Shown: in pieces, positions 20,928 to 31,844 of the stretch | Position numbering within the stretch: position 1 is the first letter of the stretch | How the letters are laid out: the number at the start of each line of letters is the position of its first letter | Assembly (NCBI GenBank): GCA_947311835.1 | Contig: CAMZLV010000087.1 | Coordinates: 1 to 48,521 of the forward strand | Source: an uncultured Lutibacter sp. | GTDB lineage: Bacteria; Bacteroidota; Bacteroidia; Flavobacteriales; Flavobacteriaceae | Direction of reading: 5' to 3' | Length of the DNA stretch: 48,521 bases | Program-made: the position numbers and the translations under genes | The notes under the pieces: generated by a model | Seen by the model: only the letters and a program-made list of their open reading frames with translations | The model's database searches: none | Told to the model about the DNA's origin: nothing

Positions 20928-22700
20928 TTATAGTAGTTTTTTAATTTCACTTAGAATGGTATTTTTATCCAAACCTATAATTTTATAGAGTTCTTGCATG
21001 TTACCGTGTTCTACAAAATTGTCTGAAACACCTAATCGTTTTATCGTTTTATTTTTATACTGATTATCTGAACAAAATTCTAAAATAGCACTTCCAAAAC
21101 CACCAATAATTACACCGTCTTCAATAGTAATTATTTTATCAAAATTATTAAAAATAGTGTGTAAAAGCGGTTCGTCTAAAGGTTTTACAAAACGCATATT
21201 ATAATGAGAAATCGTGTTTTTTGGCAATTCTTTTTGAATTTCTTTAATACTATTTCCTATTGTTCCAATGGTTAATATTGCTATTTTTTTTCCTTCGGAT
21301 AATTGAACTCCTTTACCAATTTCTATTTTTGAAAAAGGCGTTTTCCAATCAACCGTTGTACCGCTTCCTCTAGGATAACGAATTGCAATAGGATGCTTTA
21401 AACCGAGTTGTGCTGTATACATAATATTGCGCAATTCACTTTCGTTCATTGGAGCAAAAATGATGATATTTGGTATTAATCTTAGGTATGAAATGTCAAA
21501 AACACCGTGATGTGTAGCGCCGTCTTCTCCAACAATTCCTGCTCTATCTAAACAAAAAATAACAGGAAGATTTTGCAAGGCTACATCGTGAATAATTTGA
21601 TCGTAGGCTCTTTGCAAAAATGTTGAATAGATATTGCAAAACGGAATCATATTTTGTGTTGATAATCCTGCAGCAAAAGTAACTGCATGTTGCTCTGCAA
21701 TACCAACATCAAATGCTCTTTCAGGTAGTTGTTCTAACATAAATTTTAATGAACTTCCTGTTGGCATTGCAGGAGTAATTCCTACAATTTTTTTATTCAT
21801 TTTGGCTAATTCAACCAAAGTCAAACCAAATACATCTTGATATTTTGGTGGTTTATTTTCTTCTGATTTTTTTATTCGCTCTCCTGTTATTTTATCAAAT
21901 TTTCCAGGAGCATGATAAATTACCTGATTTTCTTCTGCTAATTTTAAACCTTTCCCTTTTACCGTTGTAATATGTAAAAATTTTGGTCCTTTTATGTCTT
22001 TTAAACGGTTTAATTCTGTCAAAACTGCATTGATATCATTTCCGTCAATTGGTCCAAAATAATTGAAATTTAATGCTTTTGCAATATTGTTTTTTCTGAC
22101 TTTTTTTCCTGCTTTTACATTGGTAAAATATGCTTTCAGCGCACCAACACTTGGATCAATTCCCATAGCATTGTCATTTAAAATAATTAAAATATTTGCA
22201 TTGGTAACTCCTGCGTGATTTAAGCCTTCAAATGCCATTCCTGAAGCTATAGAAGCATCTCCTATAACTGCTATATGTTGTTTTGTATATTCACCTTTTA
22301 ATTGTGATGCTATTGCCATTCCAAGCGCAGCAGATATAGAAGTAGAACTGTGACCAACGCCAAAAGTATCGTACTTGCTTTCACTTCGTTTTGGAAAACC
22401 TGAAATTCCGCCTAACTGACGGTTGGTGTGAAATCTATTTTTACGCTCTGTTAATACTTTATGCCCATAGGCTTGATGTCCAACATCCCAAATTAATAAA
22501 TCATTTGGCGTATCAAATACATAGTGCAAGGCAATAGTAAGTTCAACAACTCCTAAACTTGCGCCTAAATGCCCTTCTTTAGTTGCAACGATATCAATAA
22601 TAAAGTTACGCAACTCTTTTGCAAGTTGAGGCAACTGAGTAATTGAAAGTTGACGTAAATCTTTAGGGTTATTAATATTTTTAAGCAAATTACTTTTCAC
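20928..22700 (-). CDS. dxs: 1-deoxy-D-xylulose-5-phosphate synthase
   Basis: GHLGASLGVVEL, WDVGHQAY, GHSSTSISA, GDAS..ILNDN ThDP motif, DVGIAEQHA, YSTFLQRAYDQ, DRAG, IRYPRG; GTG start. Confidence 0.97.
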   Translation of the reverse strand: MKSNLLKNINNPKDLRQLSITQLPQLAKELRNFIIDIVATKEGHLGASLGVVELTIALHYVFDTPNDLLIWDVGHQAYGHKVLTERKNRFHTNRQLGGISGFPKRSESKYDTFGVGHSSTSISAALGMAIASQLKGEYTKQHIAVIGDASIASGMAFEGLNHAGVTNANILIILNDNAMGIDPSVGALKAYFTNVKAGKKVRKNNIAKALNFNYFGPIDGNDINAVLTELNRLKDIKGPKFLHITTVKGKGLKLAEENQVIYHAPGKFDKITGERIKKSEENKPPKYQDVFGLTLVELAKMNKKIVGITPAMPTGSSLKFMLEQLPERAFDVGIAEQHAVTFAAGLSTQNMIPFCNIYSTFLQRAYDQIIHDVALQNLPVIFCLDRAGIVGEDGATHHGVFDISYLRLIPNIIIFAPMNESELRNIMYTAQLGLKHPIAIRYPRGSGTTVDWKTPFSKIEIGKGVQLSEGKKIAILTIGTIGNSIKEIQKELPKNTISHYNMRFVKPLDEPLLHTIFNNFDKIITIEDGVIIGGFGSAILEFCSDNQYKNKTIKRLGVSDNFVEHGNMQELYKIIGLDKNTILSEIKKLL

Positions 22701-22705
22701 AAATA

Positions 22706-22725
22706 CAAAACTACGACTATATTTG
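22706..22725. promoter_or_regulatory. Back-to-back -7 promoter boxes for dxs and tadA
   Basis: TAGTTTTG (minus, 22706-22713) and TATATTTG (plus, 22718-22725) inside a 29-bp intergenic gap. Confidence 0.65.
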
Positions 22726-22729
22726 CTAT

Positions 22730-23179
22730 ATGGAAAATCCCTTTAATGATACTTATTTTATGAAGCGCGCATTACAAGAGGCGCAACTTGCTTATGATAA
22801 AAATGAAATTCCTATTGGAGCAGTAATTGTTTGTAAAGATAAAATCATTGCGCGTGCTCATAATTTAACCGAGATGCTTAATGATGTAACGGCACATGCT
22901 GAAATGCAAGCCTTTACTGCTGCTGCTGATTATTTGGGTGGAAAATATTTAAAAAATTGCACGTTGTATGTTACGCTTGAACCTTGTCAAATGTGTGCAG
23001 GAGCAAGTTATTGGACGCAAATTGATAAAATTGTTTTTGGTGCTCGTGATGAGCAAAGAGGATATTTAAATATGAAAACTACATTACATCCTAAAACAAA
23101 AATTGTAAGTGGAATTATGGAAGAAGAATGTAGTAAACTACTCTCTAAATTTTTTATTGAAAAAAGAAATTTAAATTAA
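22730..23179 (+). CDS. tadA: tRNA adenosine deaminase / nucleoside deaminase
   Basis: EIPIGAV, TAHAE, LYVTLEPCQMC zinc deaminase motifs. Confidence 0.88.
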   Translation: MENPFNDTYFMKRALQEAQLAYDKNEIPIGAVIVCKDKIIARAHNLTEMLNDVTAHAEMQAFTAAADYLGGKYLKNCTLYVTLEPCQMCAGASYWTQIDKIVFGARDEQRGYLNMKTTLHPKTKIVSGIMEEECSKLLSKFFIEKRNLN

Positions 23180-23182
23180 TTT

Positions 23183-23407
23183 TTACGGGTTTTTATCTCT
23201 CATTTTATCAAGATTTTCTTTGGTAAGCATATAATCTTTAGGGTCTTTATCTTTCCATCTATAATAGGAGAATAGAGGAATAACAAGAAAGAAAATTCCG
23301 AGTACACCAAAACCGATAAATTTTTGCGATAATTCACTTTCGCCTAAATATCCATAGAGGATGCTTCCTAAAGAGGTGATTAGTAAAATAGAAATAAGGT
23401 GTTTCAT
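23183..23407 (-). CDS. Small two-TM hypothetical membrane protein
   Basis: 74 aa, two hydrophobic segments and a charged tail (RWKDKDPKDYML); 4 nt after the CLC stop. Confidence 0.75.
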   Translation of the reverse strand: MKHLISILLITSLGSILYGYLGESELSQKFIGFGVLGIFFLVIPLFSYYRWKDKDPKDYMLTKENLDKMRDKNP

Positions 23408-23411
23408 TGTT

Positions 23412-25199
23412 TTAATTTGTAACTTCTATTAATTTTCTTCTATAAGCAGTTAGTAATCTAGATTTTGATATAAATCCATAGTATTTATCTTCTTTTAAAA
23501 CCACCAAATTCCAAGCGCCAGTTCTTTTAAATTTATTTAGAATTTCTTCAACAGAATCTTTTTCATAATAGATTATATCAGATGCACTGTGCATTAAGGA
23601 TCTAACTTTAACTTTTTTATACATGCTTTTGTTGAACATTATTCCTCGTATGTCATTTAAAGTAAGTATTCCTAAAAATTCATTCTCTTTATTTACAACA
23701 GGAAAATGATTTCTAGAAGATTTGACAACTGCATTATTAACAACTTCTCCTAAATTCATATTAGGATATAGCAAAACAAAATTTATTTCAATAACTTTGT
23801 CTAAATCTAGCATCATTAATACGTTTTTATCTTTATTATGTGTTAAAAGTTCACCTTTTTTTGCCAATTCCATTGCATATATATTATGAGGAATATATTT
23901 TTTAGTAATTAAGAATGATATTGAAGCTACAATCATTAATGGTACAAAGAGTTCATATCCTCCTGTTATTTCTGCAATTAAAAATATTGCTGTTAAAGGT
24001 GCGTGTAAAACTCCTGCCATAAGACCTGCCATACCAACCATAGCAAAATTAGTTTGCGAGAGTTTGTGACTAAATAAATTACTGTAATTTATAACCATCG
24101 CTAAAATATATCCTGATAAACTACCTGTAAATAAGGTTGGTGCAAAAACCCCTCCAATTCCTCCTGCTCCAAATGTTAAAGACATTGCAATTACTTTAAA
24201 AGTAACCAATCCTACCAAAAAAAGAATTATTATCCATACATTATCCGAAATAGAATGAAAAATATTATTTGCAATAACCTCTGTGGTGTTTCCTTTTAAT
24301 ATATTATTAATAGTTTCATAACCTTCTCCAAATAAAGGAGGTACCATATACACTATTATACCTAACAAAGCACCTCCAACTAAAAGTTTTTTATATGGAT
24401 TATTAAATTTTTTAAAATAATCACTAATCCAAAAATATATTTTGCTAAAATAAATAGAAGTCATCGCTGAAGAAATACCTAATAATATGTAAAAGATAAC
24501 ATCATTTAACACAAATTTATCTTGAATATTAAAATGTAATAGAACATCTTTCCCTAAAAAGAAATAAGATGTTAAAACAGCAGTAATTGACGCTAAAAGT
24601 AGAGGTACCATTGAAGATATTGTTAACTCCAAACTAAATACTTCAACAGCAAAAACTATTGCTGCAATTGGTGCTTTAAATATAGATGACATCGCACCTG
24701 CAGCAGCTGCACCAATTAAAAGCGTTCTTGTTGTTTGGTTTAGATGAAAAAGTCTTGAAAAATTTGATCCTAAAGCAGCGCCAGTTGCAACTGTTGGCCC
24801 TTCTAATCCGACAGAACCTCCAAAACCAACAGTTAAAGGAGCTGTTAATAATGAAGCCCACATTTGATGGTTTGGCATTATTCCTTTTAATTTAGAAATA
24901 GCATATAACGTTGAAGGAATACCATGACCAACTCTTTTTTTTATAATATTTTTTATGGCAAATAATACTATAAATAGACCTATGATTGGAAAAATAAAAT
25001 AAAATGCTTTATGTAATTCTTTTATAAATCCATTTTCTAATAAATATTGAATTAAATGTGTTAAATTCTTTAAAATTACTGCACCTAATCCTGCTAACAA
25101 TCCTATGATGGCACTAATTATATTTATAAACTGGTTATGTGATATATGTTTATATCTCCATTTTAAAAATTTAACAAAAATAGATTTTGGTTTGTTCAT
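23412..25199 (-). CDS. CLC family chloride channel/transporter with CBS domains
   Basis: GHGIP, GGSVGLEGP, FKAPIAA, GGVFAP, HAPLTAI, NIY motifs; C-terminal CBS pair. Confidence 0.95.
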   Translation of the reverse strand: MNKPKSIFVKFLKWRYKHISHNQFINIISAIIGLLAGLGAVILKNLTHLIQYLLENGFIKELHKAFYFIFPIIGLFIVLFAIKNIIKKRVGHGIPSTLYAISKLKGIMPNHQMWASLLTAPLTVGFGGSVGLEGPTVATGAALGSNFSRLFHLNQTTRTLLIGAAAAGAMSSIFKAPIAAIVFAVEVFSLELTISSMVPLLLASITAVLTSYFFLGKDVLLHFNIQDKFVLNDVIFYILLGISSAMTSIYFSKIYFWISDYFKKFNNPYKKLLVGGALLGIIVYMVPPLFGEGYETINNILKGNTTEVIANNIFHSISDNVWIIILFLVGLVTFKVIAMSLTFGAGGIGGVFAPTLFTGSLSGYILAMVINYSNLFSHKLSQTNFAMVGMAGLMAGVLHAPLTAIFLIAEITGGYELFVPLMIVASISFLITKKYIPHNIYAMELAKKGELLTHNKDKNVLMMLDLDKVIEINFVLLYPNMNLGEVVNNAVVKSSRNHFPVVNKENEFLGILTLNDIRGIMFNKSMYKKVKVRSLMHSASDIIYYEKDSVEEILNKFKRTGAWNLVVLKEDKYYGFISKSRLLTAYRRKLIEVTN

Positions 25200-25236
25200 T
25201 ATTTAAAAAATAAGAAGAAAAGAATTGTCAAAATGA

Positions 25237-27060
25237 TTACATAATCAATCTAACTCCACCTAATTCTTCTATTCTATACGGAAAACGATCGCCTGGAGAT
25301 CCAATAAACATAAAATTTACAGGTATCTTCCATTTTTTTGATAATTTTTGTATTAATTCTGGTCCAAACGTATCTTCAATTACAACATAATCAATGTGAA
25401 TATCTGGATATTCTCTATCTAAAAATTCAATATCAGTAGCAAGATTTGTGTTTGGTTTTTCATCTTTATTTAGTACTGTTACTATTTTTATTTTTTTAGT
25501 ATGTTCATTGTCTTTTATATACATCATTACCTTATTTAGGTTTGATAAATGATCTCCTTTTGTAAAGAAAACAAATTCTTGAGAAATAATTCCATTTATT
25601 GTACTAATAACATACTTGTTGACTTTTTTTATAATTTTAAGTACACTTCTAAGAATGATTATTCTATTAAGCATTATTACAATAAATCCCATTGCAACCA
25701 AAAAATAGGGTAAGAACAGTGATAAATTGCTTGGTAAAGTTTCTTTTGTTACTTCTCCTGTTAAATGATTTGTTACTTCAACTACTTTTGGAGGCATTAT
25801 TATATTTCCCCAAAGAGCAACACCTACACCAATCATGGCAATTATAAGTCCAAACCAAGGTGCTCTTTCAGGTCTAGGAAGTGTTTTTCGTTTCATTTTT
25901 AATAAAATATTTCCTGCTACAAATAATCCCATAACTGAAAGAAAAGAAATTGTGTAAACACCTGCTAATAAATTAACATTTCCTTTAGTTATTATCAACA
26001 CCGAAATACTTAATAAGAAAAATGTAATAATAATTCTGTAAGAAGTTCCTTTTGAATTTTTCTTTAATAGTCCTTGAGGTAAAATTCTGTCTAATGTCAT
26101 TCTTTCCAACAAACCAGAAACTCCTACAAATGAGGTTAATACTGCTCCTGACAATACTAATACTGCATCTATTGAAACTATCCACGCTAACCAATTTCCT
26201 GCTGATATTTTAGCCATTCCTGAAAGTAGTGTTGTGCTGTATTCCGAATTTATAGTTTCAATAGGGAAAATTGTTATTGCTAAAACAGCCATTAATGGAT
26301 TAAAAATACTTACTACAATCCACATATTTCTTAATGTCTTTGGAAAAACTCCTCGCTCTTGTTCTTCAACAAAATTTGCAGAACTTTCAAAACCAGAAAT
26401 TCCTAACATTGATGCTGCAAATCCTAAAAAAATAGCTTTTGTTAAATTACCTCCTTGAGGTAAATAATTTTGATTTGCATCAAAAACTTCCAATCCGTTA
26501 TTCATTAAATAATAAACTATCGCAAATGTTAAAACAATTAATGAAACTAAATGAAAAATAAAAATGAAGATTGCAACTTTTGCAGATTCTGATATTCCAT
26601 TAATAACCAACATTGCAAAGGCTCCTAATAAAACTACAGTTGCTAATTCTACATATGTTGGAAACAAATAACTCAAAGGAGCAAATAATGGCGTGTGCAT
26701 TGCACCAATTATGTCTGCTAGATAGTGCATTCCTTCACTTCCAGATATTACAGCAGTTGCCATATAAGAAAGTAATGTTAATGCTGCCGCTAATGAAGCC
26801 ATGCGCTTACTTGTAGTGTTTAAAAGTGCATTATACGCTCCTCCATTTAATGGTAGGGCGCCTACAACTTCACCATATATTTTTCTAAAAAAGAATAAAA
26901 CTACAGCAACTATAGATAACGTTACCCAAGCATATTGTCCTGCCCATAAAATAGCTAAAGCTGATACATATAAAACGGAAGATGAAATATCATTTCCAGA
27001 AATAGCAGTTGAGGCTAATTCTCCTAATTTATGATGAATTTTTTTGTTGTTTTTTGACAT
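25237..27060 (-). CDS. APC-superfamily permease with cytoplasmic C-terminal domain (KimA-like)
   Basis: GNDISSSVLY, NGGAY, ISGFESSAN motifs, many TM helices, soluble C-terminal domain of about 120 aa. Confidence 0.85.
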   Translation of the reverse strand: MSKNNKKIHHKLGELASTAISGNDISSSVLYVSALAILWAGQYAWVTLSIVAVVLFFFRKIYGEVVGALPLNGGAYNALLNTTSKRMASLAAALTLLSYMATAVISGSEGMHYLADIIGAMHTPLFAPLSYLFPTYVELATVVLLGAFAMLVINGISESAKVAIFIFIFHLVSLIVLTFAIVYYLMNNGLEVFDANQNYLPQGGNLTKAIFLGFAASMLGISGFESSANFVEEQERGVFPKTLRNMWIVVSIFNPLMAVLAITIFPIETINSEYSTTLLSGMAKISAGNWLAWIVSIDAVLVLSGAVLTSFVGVSGLLERMTLDRILPQGLLKKNSKGTSYRIIITFFLLSISVLIITKGNVNLLAGVYTISFLSVMGLFVAGNILLKMKRKTLPRPERAPWFGLIIAMIGVGVALWGNIIMPPKVVEVTNHLTGEVTKETLPSNLSLFLPYFLVAMGFIVIMLNRIIILRSVLKIIKKVNKYVISTINGIISQEFVFFTKGDHLSNLNKVMMYIKDNEHTKKIKIVTVLNKDEKPNTNLATDIEFLDREYPDIHIDYVVIEDTFGPELIQKLSKKWKIPVNFMFIGSPGDRFPYRIEELGGVRLIM

Positions 27061-27113
27061 TTTTATAAAATTTTGATTAAAAGTAATAAAAAATACTGCT
27101 TTTATGCTTTTTT

Positions 27114-28871
27114 TTAGTTAGTTTTTAAGTCCAGTTTTAAATTTAATTCTGTAAGTTGCTCATTATCAATTGGTGCTGGCGCATCAATCATTACATCTCT
27201 CCCTGAATTGTTCTTTGGAAATGCTATAAAATCACGTATTGTTTCTTGTCCGCCCAAAATAGATACTAATCTATCTAACCCAAATGCTAAGCCTCCGTGT
27301 GGCGGTGCTCCGTATTCAAAAGCATCCATTAAAAAGCCAAATTGTGCTTTGGCATCTTCATCAGAAAAACCTAAATGACGTAGCATTATTTCTTGTGTTT
27401 TTTTGTCGTGTATTCTTATAGAGCCTCCTCCTATTTCATTTCCATTCAATACCAAATCATAAGCGTTTGCTTTTACTTCTCCTGGTTTTGAGTCTAACAA
27501 TTCTAGTTGTCCTGGTTTTGGTGAGGTAAACGGATGGTGCATTGCATGATAATGTCCTGTTTCTTCATCTAGTTCTAATAATGGAAAATCAACAATCCAT
27601 AATGGCGCAAATACTTTTGGATTTCTTAAACCAAGTCTTTCTGCTAATTCCATACGCAAAGCGCTCAATTGCGCTCTTACTTTATTTGTTTCTCCTGATA
27701 AAATGCAAATTAAATCTCCTGATTTTGCACCTGTTTTTTCCGCCCATTTTGCTAAATCATCTTGATTGTAAAATTTATCTACTGATGATTTATAAGTTCC
27801 ATCATCATTGCATTTTACGTATACCATTCCGAGTGCTCCAACTTGTGGTCTTCGAACCCAATCTATCAATTTATCTATTTCCTTTCTTGTGTAAGACGCT
27901 CCGTTTGGCACGGCAATACCTACAACTAATTCGGCTGAATTGAATACTTTGAAATCTTTGTGTTGTGCAACTTCATTTAATTCGCCAAATTCCATTCCAA
28001 AACGAATATCTGGTTTGTCATTTCCATATAATCGCATTGCATCATCATAAAGCATTCTTGGAAATTTAGCAACCTCAACTTCATTAATTTCTTTTAACAA
28101 ATGACGCGTTAATCCTTCAAAAATAGTTAAAATATCTTCTTGCTCTATAAATGCCATTTCACAGTCAATTTGTGTAAATTCTGGCTGTCTATCGGCACGT
28201 AAATCTTCATCTCTAAAGCATTTTACAATTTGAAAATATTTATCCATTCCTCCAACCATCAACAGTTGTTTGAATGTTTGTGGCGATTGAGGTAAGGCAT
28301 AAAATTGACCTTCGTTCATTCTACTTGGCACAACAAAATCACGTGCTCCTTCTGGAGTTGATTTTATCAAGTATGGTGTTTCAACTTCTATAAACCCTTC
28401 TTCTGATAAATATTTTCGTACTTCCATCGTTACTTTATGACGGAAAATTAGATTGTCTTTTACTGGATTTCTTCTAATGTCTAAATAGCGATATTTCATT
28501 CTAATATCTTCACCTCCATCTGTATCATCTTCTATTGTAAAAGGAGGTGTGAGTGATTTATTTAGAATTGTTAACTGAGAAACCAAAATTTCTACTTCAC
28601 CAGTTTCTATATTTTTATTTTTTGATTGACGTTCTATGACGGTTCCTTTAACTTGAATTACAAATTCGCGTCCTAAAGATTTGGCTTGTTCCATAATTTC
28701 TTTTGGTGTGCGTTCTTCGTCAAAAATTAATTGCGTAATACCATATCTATCGCGCAAATCTACCCAAATCATAAATCCTTTATCACGTACTTTTTGTACC
28801 CATCCTGCAAGTGTAACTTCATTATTTACGTTTGCCAATCTCAATTCGCCGTTTGTATGACTTCTATACAT
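27114..28871 (-). CDS. aspS: Aspartate--tRNA ligase
   Basis: [63 protein letters not shown]; -7 box at 28897-28904. Confidence 0.99.
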   Translation of the reverse strand: MYRSHTNGELRLANVNNEVTLAGWVQKVRDKGFMIWVDLRDRYGITQLIFDEERTPKEIMEQAKSLGREFVIQVKGTVIERQSKNKNIETGEVEILVSQLTILNKSLTPPFTIEDDTDGGEDIRMKYRYLDIRRNPVKDNLIFRHKVTMEVRKYLSEEGFIEVETPYLIKSTPEGARDFVVPSRMNEGQFYALPQSPQTFKQLLMVGGMDKYFQIVKCFRDEDLRADRQPEFTQIDCEMAFIEQEDILTIFEGLTRHLLKEINEVEVAKFPRMLYDDAMRLYGNDKPDIRFGMEFGELNEVAQHKDFKVFNSAELVVGIAVPNGASYTRKEIDKLIDWVRRPQVGALGMVYVKCNDDGTYKSSVDKFYNQDDLAKWAEKTGAKSGDLICILSGETNKVRAQLSALRMELAERLGLRNPKVFAPLWIVDFPLLELDEETGHYHAMHHPFTSPKPGQLELLDSKPGEVKANAYDLVLNGNEIGGGSIRIHDKKTQEIMLRHLGFSDEDAKAQFGFLMDAFEYGAPPHGGLAFGLDRLVSILGGQETIRDFIAFPKNNSGRDVMIDAPAPIDNEQLTELNLKLDLKTN

Positions 28872-28975
28872 ATCTCTATCCTAATTATTAAAGGCACAAA
28901 TTTAATCATAAAACTTAGTATTTAAAAGATTGATGTAATTTAGTTTTATATTTGCCTTTTATTACTCCAGATTTT

Positions 28976-29647
28976 ATGAGCAAACTATATTTAGTTCCTA
29001 CACCTATCGGAAACCTTGAAGATATAACTTTTAGAGCTATAAAAGTGCTTAAAGAAGTTGATTTAATTCTTGCTGAAGACACTAGAACTTCAGGAAAATT
29101 ATTAAAACATTTTGAAATTAACACACATATGCAATCGCATCATATGCACAATGAGCATAAAATGGTAAACCGAATTGTAGATCGCATAAAAACTGGCGAA
29201 ACAGTTGCTTTAATTTCGGATGCTGGAACGCCTGCTATTTCTGATCCTGGATTTTTACTCACAAGAGCATGTATTGAAAATAATATCGAAGTTGAATGTT
29301 TGCCTGGAGCAACCGCTTTTGTACCTGCACTTGTAAATAGCGGATTGCCAAATGATAAATTTGTTTTTGAAGGATTTCTTCCTGTTAAAAAAGGACGGCA
29401 AACGCGCTTAAAATTGTTAGCCGAAGAAACGCGTACAATGATTTTTTATGAATCTCCTCATAAATTGATAAAAACTCTAGGACATTTCACTGAATATTTT
29501 GGTGATGATAGGCTTATTTCTGTATCAAGAGAATTGACAAAACTATTTGAAGAAACCGTTAGAGGTACTGCTACAGAAGTGTTGGCGCATTATACCAACA
29601 AACCGCCAAAAGGCGAGATTGTAATTGTAGTTGGCGGGAAAAAATAA
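28976..29647 (+). CDS. rsmI: 16S rRNA (cytidine1402-2'-O)-methyltransferase
   Basis: LYLVPTPIGNLEDIT, AEDTR, SDAGTPAISDPG, FYESPH, RELTK. Start moved to ATG 28976 because the -7 box TATATTTG (28947-28954) overlaps the ORF-track TTG. Confidence 0.97.
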   Translation: MSKLYLVPTPIGNLEDITFRAIKVLKEVDLILAEDTRTSGKLLKHFEINTHMQSHHMHNEHKMVNRIVDRIKTGETVALISDAGTPAISDPGFLLTRACIENNIEVECLPGATAFVPALVNSGLPNDKFVFEGFLPVKKGRQTRLKLLAEETRTMIFYESPHKLIKTLGHFTEYFGDDRLISVSRELTKLFEETVRGTATEVLAHYTNKPPKGEIVIVVGGKK

Positions 29648-29851
29648 TTAATTATTATTTTTTATATTATTTCCTGAAAAGAAATTAAAAAATTTCTTAA
29701 TTGGTATAGAACTAAAAAACAAAGCCATTGAATCTATTATGTTTTTATCAATTTTTTTTAAAACATAAACCATCCAGCTTATCCACAAAAGAAGAAAAAC
29801 AAAACAAAAGATTAGACCTAATACTATTATCTTAAAATATTCTACATTCAT
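29648..29851 (-). CDS. Small hypothetical membrane protein (67 aa)
   Basis: ATG start, one long hydrophobic helix, own -7 box TAGTTTTG at 29868-29875; no recognisable family. Confidence 0.5.
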   Translation of the reverse strand: MNVEYFKIIVLGLIFCFVFLLLWISWMVYVLKKIDKNIIDSMALFFSSIPIKKFFNFFSGNNIKNNN

Positions 29852-30143
29852 AATTTATGTTTTTTTACAAAACTACACGTAAGAATTCTTTTGCTTAGGA
29901 CATGTAAAATTCTAAACACGTAGTTTCGCATTATATTTAATTAAACAAATATCATAAAATTGTAGATTGAAAAAAAGGACATAAAAATATCATGTGAATT
30001 TTGAATCAAAACCCTTTTGTTTGTAAGGGTTCTAGATTAAAATAAGAGTTTATTATATTATTTGTAAGTCTTTCAAAAACATGCAAAATAAAACTAGACA
30101 TCTAATTTAGAGGTGATTAAGCCCTTTGTTAGTGTCTAAAATA

Positions 30144-30174
30144 TAGACAAAATAATAAAATATTATTTTGTCTA
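30144..30174. repeat. Perfect 14-bp inverted repeat (possible ade terminator or operator)
   Basis: TAGACAAAATAATA-AAA-TATTATTTTGTCTA. Confidence 0.7.
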
Positions 30175-30221
30175 GGAAATTATTTTAACTACCTAAAAAA
30201 GAGGCGTTTAAAAAAAGATAA

Positions 30222-31844
30222 TTACATCTGCAAATCAACAAATTCGAATTTATTACCACTAAAGAGTCCTTTGTCAGACAGTTTTAAATCAGGAATTACC
30301 AACAGCGCCATAAACGAAAGTGTCATAAAAGGAGCGCGAAGCGTACAACCTAATTCCTTAGCCATTGCATCTATTTCTTGATATGCTTTTCCTGTTTCCC
30401 AACCGTTTTTATCACTCATAATTCCTGCAACTGGCAATGCTACGTTTTTTTGTTGCTTGCCATTTACTGCACAAACTCCTCCTTTATTTTTGATAATCAA
30501 GTTTACAGCATTACAAATTTCTTGATCCGATGTTCCTACAACCACAATATTATGACAATCATGCGCTACCGAACTAGCAATTGCTCCTTTTTTTAATCCG
30601 AAATTTTTGATGAATGCTATTGATGGTTTTGTATTTTGATATCTATTCACAACTGTCATTTTTAAAATATCATTGTCTACATCAGCAATTAAATTTTCAT
30701 CTTTTATTACAGTTTTTGCATGAATTTCATTGGTTATTAATTCGCCATCTAAAGCTTCAATTACACGTACATTTCCTGTTGTTGCTGCTACTTTAAAATC
30801 GGATACTTTTTTTGGTAATACATTAAAATTATTTGGTTTGTCAAATGAAACTGGTTTTACATAAGACTCTCCGTTTTCTGCAACCAACTCACCATCAATA
30901 TAGGTTTGAAGCACTTTAAAATCAGCTAAATCTTCAACAATAATAAAATCAGCATTATCTCCAATATTGAGCAATCCAACATTCATATTATAATGCTTTA
31001 CAGGATTTACACAAGCAGATTGTAATACTTTAAAAACATCTATTCCTTTGGCAACTGCACGTGCGCATAATTGGTTAATATGACCTACAATTAAATCATC
31101 AGGATGTTTATCATCTGAGCAAAACATCATATTATTATAGTGTTTTGGCATCAAGTCTATTAATGCTTCAAAGTTTTTTGCTGCGCTTCCTTCACGAATA
31201 AGAATTTTCATTCCGTAAGCTAATTTTTCTTGAGCCTCTTCAAAAGTAAAACACTCATGATCAGTAGAAATTCCTGCCGAAATGTATTTTTTTGCATCAT
31301 CACCTCTAAGTCCTGGAGCGTGACCATCAACTGGTTTATTGAAATGTTTTGCCCAAGCAATTTTCTTTAAAACCTCTTGATCATCAAACAAAACGCCTGG
31401 ATAATTCATCATTTCAGCCAAATAATAAATATCTTTATTTGCCATTAATTCTTTAATTCCTTCAGAATTTATAACTGCGCCTGCAGTTTCAAAACTTGTA
31501 GCAGGAACACAAGACGGTGCGCCAAAATGAAATTTTAACGGTACTTTTTTGCCGTTTTCAATCATATAATAAACTCCCTTTTTACCAAGTACGTTTGCTA
31601 TTTCGTGAGGGTCAGAAATAGTAGCAACAGTACCGTGCAAAACTGCCAAACGTGCAAACTCTGAAGGCACTAACATTGAACTTTCTATATGGATGTGCGC
31701 ATCAACAAATCCTGGAAGGATATAGTTTTGTACGTTGTGTTCTTTTTTTATTACGGATGCTATTTTACCATTTTTAATAGTTACTTCCGCAGCAAAAATC
31801 TGCTTATTATTTATATCGACAAATTGTCCTAAAATTGTTTTCAT
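30222..31844 (-). CDS. ade: Adenine deaminase
   Basis: [60 protein letters not shown]. Confidence 0.97.
   Translation of the reverse strand: MKTILGQFVDINNKQIFAAEVTIKNGKIASVIKKEHNVQNYILPGFVDAHIHIESSMLVPSEFARLAVLHGTVATISDPHEIANVLGKKGVYYMIENGKKVPLKFHFGAPSCVPATSFETAGAVINSEGIKELMANKDIYYLAEMMNYPGVLFDDQEVLKKIAWAKHFNKPVDGHAPGLRGDDAKKYISAGISTDHECFTFEEAQEKLAYGMKILIREGSAAKNFEALIDLMPKHYNNMMFCSDDKHPDDLIVGHINQLCARAVAKGIDVFKVLQSACVNPVKHYNMNVGLLNIGDNADFIIVEDLADFKVLQTYIDGELVAENGESYVKPVSFDKPNNFNVLPKKVSDFKVAATTGNVRVIEALDGELITNEIHAKTVIKDENLIADVDNDILKMTVVNRYQNTKPSIAFIKNFGLKKGAIASSVAHDCHNIVVVGTSDQEICNAVNLIIKNKGGVCAVNGKQQKNVALPVAGIMSDKNGWETGKAYQEIDAMAKELGCTLRAPFMTLSFMALLVIPDLKLSDKGLFSGNKFEFVDLQM

Noticed and set aside
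29923-29950. dif-like sequence GTTTCGCATTA-TATTTA-ATTAAACAAAT
   Set aside because: The left arm matches the E. coli XerC arm at 8/11, but the normally conserved XerD arm matches only 5/11.
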